DNA of 64,000 bases from Thermodesulfobacteriota bacterium (GTDB lineage Bacteria > Desulfobacterota_D > UBA1144 > Nemesobacterales > JAJCZQ01), in NCBI GenBank assembly GCA_965215275.1, contig OZ244044.1, forward strand, positions 1 through 64,000. The letters are read 5' to 3'. Under the pieces are notes generated by a model that did no database searches, had not been told where the DNA came from, and was given only the letters and a program-made list of their open reading frames with translations. The position numbers and the translations under genes are program-made. Positions 51,353-62,115 of this stretch are shown piece after piece (the stretch's first letter is position 1; the number at the start of each line of letters is the position of its first letter).

Positions 51353-51466
51353 GTGAAAGTAAGAGCGTCGGTAAAGAAGATCTGTGATAAATGCAAGATA
51401 ATCAGAAGGAACGGTATCGTCAGGGTTATCTGCATTAATAAAAGACACAAGCAGAGGCAAGGTTAG
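51353..51466 (+). CDS. rpmJ: 50S ribosomal protein L36 (not in ORF track)
   Basis: Manual translation from [40 protein letters not shown]. Confidence 0.96.
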   Translation: MKVRASVKKICDKCKIIRRNGIVRVICINKRHKQRQG

Positions 51467-51485
51467 CTCAGGAGGAAAGCAGTTT

Positions 51486-51866
51486 ATGCCAAGGATCGCA
51501 GGAATAGATATTCCTTTAAATAAAAGAGTGGAAGTGGGATTGACCTATATATATGGTATTGGCAGACAGACTTCAAGGGATATCCTGAAGCTGGCAGATA
51601 TCGATCTGGATAAAGCGTCCAAGGACCTGGACGGCAATGAAGTTGCCAGGTTAAGGGAAATAATCGAGACTGATTACACGGTTGAAGGTGACTTAAGGAA
51701 AGAGATCCAGAACAACATCAGAAGACTGATCGAAATAGGTTGCTACAGGGGGATAAGGCACAGGCAGGGTTTACCCGTAAGGGGACAGAAAACAAAATCA
51801 AATGCAAGGACCAGAAAAGGTCCAAAGGGTTCGGCAATCGCTAAAAAGAAAAAAGTAGGGAAGTGA
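51486..51866 (+). CDS. rpsM: 30S ribosomal protein S13
   Basis: [15 protein letters not shown]. Confidence 0.98.
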   Translation: MPRIAGIDIPLNKRVEVGLTYIYGIGRQTSRDILKLADIDLDKASKDLDGNEVARLREIIETDYTVEGDLRKEIQNNIRRLIEIGCYRGIRHRQGLPVRGQKTKSNARTRKGPKGSAIAKKKKVGK

Positions 51867-51887
51867 TCATAAGTTCGGAGCTTTATA

Positions 51888-52274
51888 ATGGCTAAAAAGA
51901 AGGTAACAAAGAGAAAAGTTAAAAAGTTCGTTGAAGAAGGCGTGGTAAATATAAAGGCGACCTTTAACAATACCATTGTCAGCATCAGCGATCCGAAGGG
52001 CAACGTCCTTTCGTGGTCAAGCGGTGGAGCGAGAGGCTTTAAAGGAACGAGAAAGGGTACGCCGTTTGCAGCTCAGGTGGCAGCGGAGGATGCCGCAAAT
52101 AAAGCGGCCTCCATGGGCATGAAATCAGTTCAGGTCTTTGTGAAAGGACCGGGACCGGGCAGGGAACCTGCGATCAGATCACTGCAGGCGTCGGGACTGC
52201 GGGTCTCGTTCATAAGGGATATTACCCCTCTTCCCCATAACGGCTGCAGGCCTCCGGGAAAAAGAAGGGTATAG
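51888..52274 (+). CDS. rpsK: 30S ribosomal protein S11
   Basis: [15 protein letters not shown]. Confidence 0.98.
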   Translation: MAKKKVTKRKVKKFVEEGVVNIKATFNNTIVSISDPKGNVLSWSSGGARGFKGTRKGTPFAAQVAAEDAANKAASMGMKSVQVFVKGPGPGREPAIRSLQASGLRVSFIRDITPLPHNGCRPPGKRRV

Positions 52275-52325
52275 AAAGTTATAAGTTCAGTATTATTCGT
52301 TTTTGAGGAGGTTAGATAATTTCAT

Positions 52326-52949
52326 ATGGGAAGATACACGGGACCAACTGACAGGCTTTCAAGAAGAGAAGGGATCAACCTGTTTCTCAAGGGTGAGCGG
52401 AGCTACAGTGGAAAATCTTCAGTAGAGTCCAGGCATCCGCCTGGAGAACATGGTCAGAGACGAACCAAGTTCTCTGAATACTGCGTGCGTCTCAGGGAAA
52501 AACAGAAGGTAAAGAGAATGTACGGACTGAGGGAAAAGCAGTTCAGAAGGTATTTTAAAAAAGCCGCCAAGCTGGAGGGTATAACGGGTTCGATCCTGAT
52601 ATCCATGCTTGAACGAAGGCTTGATAACGTTATTTATCATCTGAGCTTTGCCAGTACAAGGAGCGACGCACGTCAGCTGGTCGGACATAAACACGTGCTG
52701 GTCAATGATAGAACAGTGAACATCCCTTCCTTTCAGGTCGGTGAAGGGGACGTGGTTGCAGTGAGGGACAAGAGCAAGAGACTTTCCAGGATCAATCAGT
52801 CTCTGGAGCTGCTTACGAGAAAGCCTGTACCTCAATGGCTGGAACATGACAAGGATAATTACAGGGGCGTGGTGAAAAGATTACCGGAAAGAGAGGACGT
52901 GACGTTCCCGATCGATGAACAGTTGATCGTGGAGTTTTATTCAAGATAA
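52326..52949 (+). CDS. rpsD: 30S ribosomal protein S4
   Basis: LREKQK, LERRLDN, IVEFYSR. Confidence 0.98.
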   Translation: MGRYTGPTDRLSRREGINLFLKGERSYSGKSSVESRHPPGEHGQRRTKFSEYCVRLREKQKVKRMYGLREKQFRRYFKKAAKLEGITGSILISMLERRLDNVIYHLSFASTRSDARQLVGHKHVLVNDRTVNIPSFQVGEGDVVAVRDKSKRLSRINQSLELLTRKPVPQWLEHDKDNYRGVVKRLPEREDVTFPIDEQLIVEFYSR

Positions 52950-52975
52950 TAAATCAGGAAAAAGGGTTATAAATT

Positions 52976-54112
52976 ATGGAAAATCTCCCAGAAAAAAGTT
53001 CACAGGAAGTAGATTCAAAGCAGTTCCAGAAAAACTGGAAGGACCTTATCCATCCCAGAAGGATCGAAAAGGACGAGAAGGTCTCCACTGAAACGTACGG
53101 CAAGTTCGTCTGCGAACCTCTTGAAAGGGGCTACGGGGTGACCCTTGGTAATTCATTGAGAAGGGTCTTGCTTTCTTCCATACAGGGTCCTGCGATCACG
53201 GGCGTGAAGATCGACGGTGTGCTCCATGAATTCTCGACCGTGCCGGGAGTTAAGGAAGATGTTACGGAGATCGTTATTAACCTTAAAAGCCTGAATCTGG
53301 AAATGCACACGGACCAGCCACAGGTATTGAGGTTAAAGTTCGAAGGTCCCGGTAATGCCACGGCTTCGGACATAGAGGAAAATCACATGGTATCCGTGAT
53401 CAACAGTGATCAGCATATAGCAACGGTATCGGAAGACAGCCTGCTTGAAATGGAGATCACGGTTGAGATGGGCAGAGGCTACGAACCCGTTGAGAGGAGG
53501 AACAAGGTTCAGAAGAACATAGGGACCGTACATATCGATGGTCTGTTCTCACCTGTAAGGAAAGTTAACTTCATAGTTACTAATGCAAGGGTGGGAAGAA
53601 GGACGGATTATGAAAAACTGACCCTTGAAATATGGACAAATGGTACGATACTTCCCGAAGATGCCCTTGCTTACGCTGCAAAGATCATCAAACAGCAGCT
53701 GAACATATTTATTAATTTCGATGAAACGCTTTTTGAAGAGGAAGAAGAGGAGAAGGATATAAAGGGGACCAGGGGCAATGAGGAGATCCTTTTCGACCTC
53801 ATTAAAGATATAGACCTGTCCGCCAGATCGTTCAACTGCTTAAAAAAGGCGAACGTTGTGTTTCTGGGCGAGTTAATTCAGAAGACAGAGGACGACCTTT
53901 TGAACCTGGAGAATTTCGGGAAAAGGTCTCTTGATGAAATTAACAATAAACTTAAGGATATGTCACTGAAGCTGAATTCAGATATTGACGTTGAGTTGTT
54001 CGAGCAGGAAAGGGCAAGAAAAATAGCTTCGGATGAACTCCTCAGAAAGCGCGTCAGTGAACTGTCTGAGCAGGAAAGGGCAGGCGGGCTGGATGCAGGT
54101 GAGGACGGCTGA
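52976..54112 (+). CDS. rpoA: RNA polymerase alpha subunit
   Basis: EPLERGYGVTLGNSLRRVLLSS, LSARSFNCL. Confidence 0.98.
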   Translation: MENLPEKSSQEVDSKQFQKNWKDLIHPRRIEKDEKVSTETYGKFVCEPLERGYGVTLGNSLRRVLLSSIQGPAITGVKIDGVLHEFSTVPGVKEDVTEIVINLKSLNLEMHTDQPQVLRLKFEGPGNATASDIEENHMVSVINSDQHIATVSEDSLLEMEITVEMGRGYEPVERRNKVQKNIGTVHIDGLFSPVRKVNFIVTNARVGRRTDYEKLTLEIWTNGTILPEDALAYAAKIIKQQLNIFINFDETLFEEEEEEKDIKGTRGNEEILFDLIKDIDLSARSFNCLKKANVVFLGELIQKTEDDLLNLENFGKRSLDEINNKLKDMSLKLNSDIDVELFEQERARKIASDELLRKRVSELSEQERAGGLDAGEDG

Positions 54113-54148
54113 TAAAGATATTGTGACCGGGAGAGATCGGAGAATCAT

Positions 54149-54757
54149 ATGAGGCACAGAAGAACTGGCAGGAAATTAGGAGTTGTAACAAAACACAGAA
54201 GGGCTATGCTGAGGAATTTAGCTACGACCTTCTTCAAGTATGGCAGCATAAAGACCACGGACGCACGTGCAAAGGAAGTGAGAAGGGTTGCCGAGAAGCT
54301 GGTCACTATGGCTAAAAAAGGCACCTTACAGCACAGAAGACAGGCAGCCTCGTACTTAAAGGACAAAGACGTTTTGAAAAAGCTGTTTTCCGAGATCGCT
54401 GAGAAGCACAGGGAACGCCCGGGTGGTTACACGAGGATAGTTAAACTCGGCTTCAGAAAAGGGGATGGTGCCCCTGTATCTTTGATCGAACTGGTTCAGG
54501 ATGAATATAAGTCCAGGCCTTCCAGGTCTAAAAAGAAAGGGTCTTCAGCGAAAGCCAGGGACAAGGTAAAGAAAGAAGGTACCCTTTCAGAAAAAAGCAA
54601 TAAGAAAGAATCTGCCGAAGAACTCGGCCTGGTCGAAGATAAAGCATCTGAAGTTAAGGCAAGAGAAGAAGCAGTGGATGAAAGTCCGGAAAGCTTAAAA
54701 GATGACGCCGCCGGTAATAAAACCGGTCCCGAACTGCAGAAGCAGAATGACGATTAA
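54149..54757 (+). CDS. rplQ: 50S ribosomal protein L17 with charged C-terminal extension
   Basis: MRHR, RPGGYTRI. Confidence 0.97.
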   Translation: MRHRRTGRKLGVVTKHRRAMLRNLATTFFKYGSIKTTDARAKEVRRVAEKLVTMAKKGTLQHRRQAASYLKDKDVLKKLFSEIAEKHRERPGGYTRIVKLGFRKGDGAPVSLIELVQDEYKSRPSRSKKKGSSAKARDKVKKEGTLSEKSNKKESAEELGLVEDKASEVKAREEAVDESPESLKDDAAGNKTGPELQKQNDD

Positions 54758-54871
54758 GTATCGTTAGCTTTTCAGGCACTGAAGTATACGACTTCCTGAA
54801 AACCCCTTAAACCCCTTAAACCCCTTGAAACGAAAAACTATAACGACAGGTCCATCTTCTTAAAACATTTC

Positions 54872-55378
54872 TTAAAATGTTTTTCGGGAAACGTCAGAAG
54901 GTCTCCATAACCATCGAAGCTTACCGTTTCCCGGTTCGATCTTTTTCCATTTCTGTACGCTGAGGTCGATCCGTGCCATAGTTGCGGTCTTGAATATAAT
55001 GTTGCCGCCGCCTGTCATCAGATTTGCAAGGGTCGAACATTTGGGTTCATGTCCAACTAAAATGGCACTGCTGTACTTATCTGAAATAGATCTGATGCTT
55101 TCAATGATCTCTTTGACCGACCCGTAATAAAGTTTTTCATTTTCTATAACCGTGCATCTCCATCTGCCTGCAAGCATTGAGATCTCAAGGGTCTTCCTGG
55201 CCCTGATGGCAGTGGACGTAATTGCAAGTTCCGGTATCTGATCATATTTTTTCAGTAGTTTTCCCATTATTTCTGCACTTTTAATGCCTCTTTGGGCAAG
55301 AGGTCTGTCGTGATCAGAACCGTAAGCAGCTGTCCAGTCGGATTTTCCGTGACGATAAAGTATGATCCTTTTTGTCAT
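54872..55378 (-). CDS. sixA: SixA-like histidine phosphatase
   Basis: RHGKS, DRPL, LVGHEP. Confidence 0.85.
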   Translation of the reverse strand: MTKRIILYRHGKSDWTAAYGSDHDRPLAQRGIKSAEIMGKLLKKYDQIPELAITSTAIRARKTLEISMLAGRWRCTVIENEKLYYGSVKEIIESIRSISDKYSSAILVGHEPKCSTLANLMTGGGNIIFKTATMARIDLSVQKWKKIEPGNGKLRWLWRPSDVSRKTF

Positions 55379-55576
55379 AGAATTAACATTTGAACCTGTT
55401 TGTGGTAAGTTGCTGCCGGTATTTTATTTGTTTCTTCGTTTTTTCAAAAGCACCTTATATAAAGAGAGTAACAGCTGTTCAGATTTTCACTTGCAGAAAA
55501 GTAAAATAATAACTGTTTTTTTGTTCTGACTTTTGTATAATTGTAGATTTTATTTTTCTGCTGAGGAGAGTACATC

Positions 55577-57454
55577 ATGAGCTTGCACATTAGAAATGAT
55601 CTGGAAAGTAAGTATCCGGACGTTTATACCGGCGAATCACTGGAAGCGTTAAAGCTGCTTTCTAAGTTCAACAGAGATCAGAAGGACCTTATGGAGAAAA
55701 GATATCAGAGAAGGGAAGACAGATACAGGAATAAAAAGAGGATCTCCTTTCTCGACCCTGATGACCTGATACCGGGAACGGATATAAAGGTTCAGGACGC
55801 AAGGGACGGTAAATTTGAAGGAGGGAACGTTCCTCATGACCTTCAAAGGCAGTGGATCCAGGGAACGGGTCCGGCAGCAAAACCCAGCTCTCCCGTGGAG
55901 GTCAGCATAAGGAACGTGGCTTATGCCCTTTTATCAGGTGCCGATGGATGGATGTTCGATGGTGAGGATGCACTTGGGCAGATAGACAGCATGTCCCTTG
56001 ATAACATCAGAAACCTGAAACTTGCAGTTCATAAGGACCCGCTGTTCCTGAGTGTCGCTGAAAAACTCGCAGGTACTATGAACAGGTGGGGTAATGAATT
56101 TTTCGGACGCGATATAATTGAGGACTGGAAAGAACAGCTTGATTTTACCACTGTGATCTTTCGTGCACGCGGACTGCACCTTGACGACAGGCACGTAAGG
56201 GATGAAGACGGCGTGGCAGTGTCCGCCTCCATAGTGGACGTGGTCCTGTACGTTACGAACGTCTACAGAGAACTGATCAGGAACGACAGGTCCATTGTAC
56301 TTTATCTGCCAAAGATCCAGACCGCGGAAGAGGCAGCCTTCTGGAATAAGGTCCTGTCTGCACTTGAGGAGCATCTGGACCTGCCGGCGGGAACCATTAA
56401 AGTTTACGTTCTGATCGAGCAGCTTGAGGAAACGTATCAGTTAATGGAAATTCGTGCGGCACTTGGAAAGCACTTTGTGGGGTTCAATACCGGCAGATGG
56501 GATTATATCAACAGCGTGGCGGATGCAATGGGATGGGATGAGGGTTTTGTAAATCCTAATATTGAATCCATCACGATGACGTACGCGTACATGAGAAATT
56601 ACGAGGACCGCGTTCGCCGGGCGGTAAACACGCCGGATATTAATAACAACTGTGCCTTATGGCAGGGAGGTATGGAGCCTAATATCCCGGTTGGCAGTGA
56701 AGAGGGGGTAGCCAGCAGCATGACGAAAGCGGTGGCTGGAGCAGAACGTGAGCAGCGTGAGGGTGCAAGTGGCAAATGGGTGGCACACTGGAAGATGGTC
56801 CACATTGTAAGACCCGTCTGGGAAAAAGCAGGAGAGGCCAATCAACTTGGCAGAAAGTTCTCTCCTCTTACCTATACGCGGGAGGACGATATGGGATTGA
56901 CCCGGCTTGAACCGGCTCCAAGAACGATCAGAGGGGCAAGGAACCTGCTGAGCGTTGGTATTCAGTACGGTAACGCTTTCGGACAGGGGTTTCAGGCGGC
57001 CGCGCTCAAACCTGCGGATTTTTTTGAAGACGACGATATTCTTTATCTTATGGAAGATGCCGCTACTGGTGAGATAAGGTTGAGCATACTTTGGGAATGG
57101 ATACATAAGGGGGCCAGGATGACGGAAGACGATCCCGGGACGGGGATAAAAGCGGGTGACGTGTTTACCGCTGAACTGTTTGAAAGACTTCTGGAGGAAG
57201 AGTATCAGAAGCTGCGTAACGCCAGGGATAAGGACGTACATGACGTGTCCAAGGACACCACTCTTCCCATTGCCAGAGAGATCGTAAGGACCTATGTAAT
57301 GGAAGAGATAAAAACCCCCTGGTACATTGATCTGCTCAATATCAATCTGAACAATCATGATTTGAAGACGGCTCAGAAAAGAATTAAACTGTACGTGCGC
57401 AGGTTTAAGGAAAAAAGAGAACGGATCACGGAAAATCTTGATTTTAAGTTGTAG
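55577..57454 (+). CDS. aceB: Malate synthase
   Basis: MFDGEDA, LYLPKI, FNTGRWDYI, LMEDAATGEIR; adjacent to isocitrate lyase. Confidence 0.88.
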   Translation: MSLHIRNDLESKYPDVYTGESLEALKLLSKFNRDQKDLMEKRYQRREDRYRNKKRISFLDPDDLIPGTDIKVQDARDGKFEGGNVPHDLQRQWIQGTGPAAKPSSPVEVSIRNVAYALLSGADGWMFDGEDALGQIDSMSLDNIRNLKLAVHKDPLFLSVAEKLAGTMNRWGNEFFGRDIIEDWKEQLDFTTVIFRARGLHLDDRHVRDEDGVAVSASIVDVVLYVTNVYRELIRNDRSIVLYLPKIQTAEEAAFWNKVLSALEEHLDLPAGTIKVYVLIEQLEETYQLMEIRAALGKHFVGFNTGRWDYINSVADAMGWDEGFVNPNIESITMTYAYMRNYEDRVRRAVNTPDINNNCALWQGGMEPNIPVGSEEGVASSMTKAVAGAEREQREGASGKWVAHWKMVHIVRPVWEKAGEANQLGRKFSPLTYTREDDMGLTRLEPAPRTIRGARNLLSVGIQYGNAFGQGFQAAALKPADFFEDDDILYLMEDAATGEIRLSILWEWIHKGARMTEDDPGTGIKAGDVFTAELFERLLEEEYQKLRNARDKDVHDVSKDTTLPIAREIVRTYVMEEIKTPWYIDLLNINLNNHDLKTAQKRIKLYVRRFKEKRERITENLDFKL

Positions 57455-57547
57455 GACAGCTGGTGCACCAGCTGCAGCTGATTTAGTATGTTCAGGGAAC
57501 TGAACAGCTTATTTTTAACAAACATCATTTAAGGAGAGTAAAAGCAG

Positions 57548-59869
57548 ATGGCTTTATTTGAAAAGGAAATAAAACAGACCCAGGAGTATTTTAACTCACC
57601 CCGTTTTAAGGGAATTACCCGTCTTTACTCCGCAAGACAGGTCGTTGAGCAGAGAGGGACCATTAACAGGGATTATACCATCGCTAAACGGATGGCCGTG
57701 GAGTTTTACGACCTTTTAAGGGATCTGTTTAAAAAAGGTCAGCAGATAACGACCTTTGGTCCTTATTCGCCCGGACAGGCCATAATGATGAAAAAGAAAG
57801 GTATACAGGGCATATATCTTGGCGGGTGGGCCACTTCGGCCAAAGGTTCCATAAACGAGGATCAGGGAGCGGACCTTGCAAGTTATCCGCTGAGTCAGGT
57901 ACCGGACGAGGCGGCACCGATAGTACGAGCGCTTCTGTCTGCGGACAAAAACCAGAGATTTACGAGATCAAGGATGACGGCAGAGGAGAGAGCGGAAGTG
58001 CCGGAGGTGGATTACAGACCGTTCATTATTGCGGACGCGGATACGGGACACGGGGGCGATGCACACGTCAGGAACCTGATTCGCAGGTTCGTTGAGGTCG
58101 GAGTAACGGGCTATCACATTGAAGATCAGAGACCTGGAACTAAAAAGTGTGGTCACCAGGGTGGAAAGGTCCTGGTCTCGATTGATGAGCAGATCAAAAG
58201 GCTTAACGCCGCAAGGCTTCAGCTGGACATTATGAAGGTGCCTGGGATTATCGTGGCCAGAACGGACGCCGAAGCTGCTAACCTGCTCGATAGCAAAAAC
58301 GACGACAGGGACCATCCGTTCATACTTGGAGCTACCAATCTGAACGTGCCGAGCTATAAGAGCTGCTACGTTTCGATATTAAGAAGGATAAACAGGCAGG
58401 GGGTTAAGGAAATTAACGGACATCTGCTTTACAGGCTTTCCGATATTGCCGGAAGAAGAGCGGATGAATGGCTTGAGGAACATGGGATCTTTGATCTTAT
58501 TACTGCTGATTTAAAGGCTTTGAAAACAGGGGATACGTACGAGTTCGAGAGCGTCTTTGACAAGATCGTGACGCAGTTTGTGAAAATATGGGAGTCGGAG
58601 TCCGGATTGACCACGATCGGGGAAGCAGTTGCCGATATTATGGAGTTCAACGTTCAGCAGGGTTCGAAGTTCAGTATGACCGTTGCGGAGTGGAAAGAGT
58701 TTACCAGAACGGCGTCTATCGAGGATGCAAGGCTGAAGGCCGAGGAACTTGGAGTTAACTTTACGTGGGACTGTGAGCTTTCAAGTACGCCAGAGGGTTA
58801 TTATCAGGTCAGGGGAGGTATTGAGTACTCAATAGCAAGGTCTCTTGCCGTTACACCATTTTGCGATCTGCTGTGGATGGAAACAAAAACTGCCGATATT
58901 AAAGATGCAGAACAGTTTGCCGATGCGATCCATAACGTGTATCCCGATAAGATGCTCGCGTATAATCTGTCACCTTCGTTCAACTGGGATACAACGGGTA
59001 TGACGGACGAGCAGATGAAGAACTTTCCTAAGGAGATCGGAAAGCTGGGTTTTGTATTTGATTTCATTACGTACGGCGGTCACCAGATAGACGGTCTTGC
59101 CGCCGAGGAGTTCTCGCAGGCGCTTCAGGAGGATGGCATGCTCGCTCTTGCACGTGTACAGAGAAGGCTGAGACTGATCGACTCTCCATATAAGACCCCG
59201 CAGACACACGTTGGAGGACCGAGACTTGATGGAGCATTAGTGGCAAGTTCGGGCAGGACCGCAACTACAAAGGCAATGGGTAAAGGTTCCACTCAGTTCC
59301 AGCACCTTGTACAGACGGAAGTCCCGCCCAAGCTGCTTGAAGAATGGATAGTTTTCTGGGCAAAGCATTACAATATCAGAAAAAAACTGCGCGTGGAACT
59401 GAAGCCTCACACGGTTGGTATGAACGTGCTTGAACTGAACATTCTTGATAAATCCAATACCAAGATGGCAGACGTTATCTTTGAAACGCTGCAGGACAGG
59501 GAAAGAAGGATAATCCTTTCCGTAAGGGATCAGAACACGTTCAACCTTGATTTCAGACAGAAGAGGTTAATGACCCTGATCAGCCTGTTCCTGTTCCATC
59601 GTTACAAGGCCTTTTCCGTTCATTACGTCAGTCCGACCAATGATAATATGAAGCAGACGCAGGGTATGAAAAAGATCAGGATCTTCAGTAACGTTAATAC
59701 TGAGATCGGTCATATAATCGTCTGCAGTATTAATCAGACAAGGATCAGGGAACTTCTTGAAGCTGATCAGACGGCTTTAAAGGATATGATAGCTAAAAAA
59801 GAACCAACTTCTTCTGCAAGGAAGCCGTCCTCTAAAAAAGATCGTGGTTCAAAAAAACGTTCCAGGTAA
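57548..59869 (+). CDS. aceA: Isocitrate lyase, long ICL2-type
   Basis: [10 protein letters not shown], catalytic [20 protein letters not shown]; 773 aa with extra C-terminal domain. Confidence 0.95.
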   Translation: MALFEKEIKQTQEYFNSPRFKGITRLYSARQVVEQRGTINRDYTIAKRMAVEFYDLLRDLFKKGQQITTFGPYSPGQAIMMKKKGIQGIYLGGWATSAKGSINEDQGADLASYPLSQVPDEAAPIVRALLSADKNQRFTRSRMTAEERAEVPEVDYRPFIIADADTGHGGDAHVRNLIRRFVEVGVTGYHIEDQRPGTKKCGHQGGKVLVSIDEQIKRLNAARLQLDIMKVPGIIVARTDAEAANLLDSKNDDRDHPFILGATNLNVPSYKSCYVSILRRINRQGVKEINGHLLYRLSDIAGRRADEWLEEHGIFDLITADLKALKTGDTYEFESVFDKIVTQFVKIWESESGLTTIGEAVADIMEFNVQQGSKFSMTVAEWKEFTRTASIEDARLKAEELGVNFTWDCELSSTPEGYYQVRGGIEYSIARSLAVTPFCDLLWMETKTADIKDAEQFADAIHNVYPDKMLAYNLSPSFNWDTTGMTDEQMKNFPKEIGKLGFVFDFITYGGHQIDGLAAEEFSQALQEDGMLALARVQRRLRLIDSPYKTPQTHVGGPRLDGALVASSGRTATTKAMGKGSTQFQHLVQTEVPPKLLEEWIVFWAKHYNIRKKLRVELKPHTVGMNVLELNILDKSNTKMADVIFETLQDRERRIILSVRDQNTFNLDFRQKRLMTLISLFLFHRYKAFSVHYVSPTNDNMKQTQGMKKIRIFSNVNTEIGHIIVCSINQTRIRELLEADQTALKDMIAKKEPTSSARKPSSKKDRGSKKRSR

Positions 59870-59871
59870 GT

Positions 59872-60660
59872 TCAGAGGATATCTTCACATTCCTGCGGGG
59901 GCCTGCGTTTAGGTTTCTTTGCTGAGTTCCTTTTGGGTCTTTTTTCAGAAAGCCATATTTCAAGGGCTTTCCCGCAGCCCGTTCCTTCCGGGATACGGGG
60001 TCCGGATCTGCATTTAATACTGTTATCAGGGCATTTAAGCCTTAGATGAAAATGACCGTCGTGTTTGTACCAGGGCCTGATCTTTCTAAGCCATGCCTGA
60101 TCGTCGTATATGGAGCAGAGCTCTTTTTTGATCAGCGGATTTACAAATATACGATCAACGTTCATATGTGACGCGGCCAGTTTCAGTACCCTGCCGTTTA
60201 TCCAGCTCCATTTACCGTGGTCGATCGCAGTTCTGGATCCGTTAAGGACCGACTCGGGGGACATTTTTTCTCTCTCGTTTACAGAGTACGGCCTTTTGTC
60301 TTTTTCAGCGTACCCGTGTATATAAAGAATATCTGCATCCAGACCGGTCTGATGGCTGCTGTGGTACTCTGGCATAGGACCACCGTTCTTACTGGACAGG
60401 TCTCCTATGAGCAGGGTTACACCGTAAGTTGATCTGATCTCAGATGCGATGTTTTCAATTAAACCTGTCAGGCTCTTGTGTCCGTAGTTGCTGTTCCTGC
60501 TGGTCCTGATCACCTGGTATCCAAAGCCATCGACTGGAAGCATATGAGAGTTCTTTATACACCCTGCCGTGTAGTAACCTACTGCAATGGATTCTTCAGC
60601 ACGCAGTTTCTCAAAAGGGGTGACAGAGACGGCGGCAAGTAGAAGAAAAACGTATAACAT
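59872..60660 (-). CDS. mepA: Penicillin-insensitive murein endopeptidase
   Basis: GYYTAGC, HSSHQTGLDADI, RIFVNP, HDGHFHLRLKCP. Confidence 0.9.
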   Translation of the reverse strand: MLYVFLLLAAVSVTPFEKLRAEESIAVGYYTAGCIKNSHMLPVDGFGYQVIRTSRNSNYGHKSLTGLIENIASEIRSTYGVTLLIGDLSSKNGGPMPEYHSSHQTGLDADILYIHGYAEKDKRPYSVNEREKMSPESVLNGSRTAIDHGKWSWINGRVLKLAASHMNVDRIFVNPLIKKELCSIYDDQAWLRKIRPWYKHDGHFHLRLKCPDNSIKCRSGPRIPEGTGCGKALEIWLSEKRPKRNSAKKPKRRPPQECEDIL

Positions 60661-60777
60661 TATATAATAGTTATAAGTATCGAGGGTAAAACAGTACTAT
60701 CAAAGCTATTTACTTGTCTTGGCGAACAAAGTATATAGTTCCCTTTATCAATATACCAGAATTAAAACCATGGAGAT

Positions 60778-61437
60778 ATGAGATTGAACAGATTTTTCTT
60801 TTATTCTTTTGTAGCGATAGCAGCAGCTGGGCTGCTTTTAACCGGCAAGATAGGCGAGTATTATAAACCTGAAAATACTGAAAAGGAGAAAGAGGTCATG
60901 GCGGACAGGAAAAAATTACAGGTCGCTACTTTGGCAGGAGGATGCTTCTGGTGTATGGAACCTCCGTTTGAAAGGTTAGACGGGGTTGATCAGGTGATCT
61001 CCGGTTACTCCGGAGGCGTAGAAGTCGACCCTGCTTATGCAGAGGTATCCTCAGGACGCACGGGTCACACCGAATCAGTTCAGATATCGTACGACCCCGA
61101 TAAAGTGTCCTATGAAGACCTTCTGGACGTGTTCTGGATGAACATTGATCCCACTCAGGCAGACGGTCAGTTTGCCGATAAAGGCAGACATTACAGAACG
61201 GTGATATTTTATCATGATGACGAACAGCGAAGGAAAGCTGAAGGATCAAAAAAGAAGTTAGCGGGTTCCGGGAAATTTCAAAAACCCATAGTTACGGTAA
61301 TTGAACCTTTCAGATCTTTTTACAGAGCCGAGGATTATCATCAGGACTATTACAGGAAAAACCCCGTTCGTTATAATATGTATAAGAAAGGGTCCGGGAG
61401 AGAGGGTTTTATCAAACGGACCTGGGGTGATAGGTAA
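60778..61437 (+). CDS. msrA: Peptide methionine sulfoxide reductase MsrA with N-terminal hydrophobic segment
   Basis: GGCFWC, GYSGG, AEDYHQDYY. Confidence 0.96.
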   Translation: MRLNRFFFYSFVAIAAAGLLLTGKIGEYYKPENTEKEKEVMADRKKLQVATLAGGCFWCMEPPFERLDGVDQVISGYSGGVEVDPAYAEVSSGRTGHTESVQISYDPDKVSYEDLLDVFWMNIDPTQADGQFADKGRHYRTVIFYHDDEQRRKAEGSKKKLAGSGKFQKPIVTVIEPFRSFYRAEDYHQDYYRKNPVRYNMYKKGSGREGFIKRTWGDR

Positions 61438-61514
61438 TGGTCACGTTTTCAGAAAGACGGGTTTTTAAGAGGTCTTAACGGATAAAAGTGCCTGTATTGA
61501 TCACTGATCCGTTC

Positions 61515-62051
61515 TTATCGAATGGATCTTCTTACGTAGTTGGACTTTAGATAACTGATTATTTCGTCAGTTGCTCTGCCGCTTGCACCTAAAAGTACGC
61601 TTCCGCTTATCAACCCGAACTTTGAAGTACCTTCAAAGCTGGACTCTGCGATCAGGGTTCCGCTCTCTTTATCTGTAAACCTTATTTTAATAACTATACT
61701 TGTGGTCCTGACCAGCTGTTTGTACCACTCTGGAGGCTGTATATCAATGATCGTTCCATCAATTATCATAACACCGCTGGAAGCAGCGACCGGTGATCTG
61801 ACCACCCCTGTGAAGGTAAGTTCTTTTCTGAGCTTTTTAGCAAGCTGATTCGGTATCTGCAATTGAAGATCAGGAGGTGAGTTGGGAATATCGGACCCGA
61901 AGTCAGGGATCTCAACTATTTCATACCTTCCGAACTGGTGCACAGGGGCCTGTGTTTCGAACGTTCTTCTTGATCCACAGGATATCAGAACTGTGGTTAA
62001 GATCACAAAAACTGCAACATGGAAAAAGAACTTATGGTCCGCTTTTTTCAT
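61515..62051 (-). CDS. Putative lipoprotein
   Basis: Basic N-terminus, hydrophobic stretch, lipobox-like LISC. Confidence 0.65.
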   Translation of the reverse strand: MKKADHKFFFHVAVFVILTTVLISCGSRRTFETQAPVHQFGRYEIVEIPDFGSDIPNSPPDLQLQIPNQLAKKLRKELTFTGVVRSPVAASSGVMIIDGTIIDIQPPEWYKQLVRTTSIVIKIRFTDKESGTLIAESSFEGTSKFGLISGSVLLGASGRATDEIISYLKSNYVRRSIR

Positions 62052-62115
62052 GGTACTGAATTATCTAATAAAAAATCCGTATTGTAAAGAAGGCACTCTG
62101 TGCGTTAAAACCTGC

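Noticed and set aside
54800..54830. Three copies of a 10-bp unit (AAACCCCTTA-like) after rplQ
   Set aside because: Too short; probably slippage in an intergenic region, no supportable function.
60732..60743. TATATAGTTCCC resembling a MITE/IS end upstream of msrA
   Set aside because: Only 12 bp with no partner end found.
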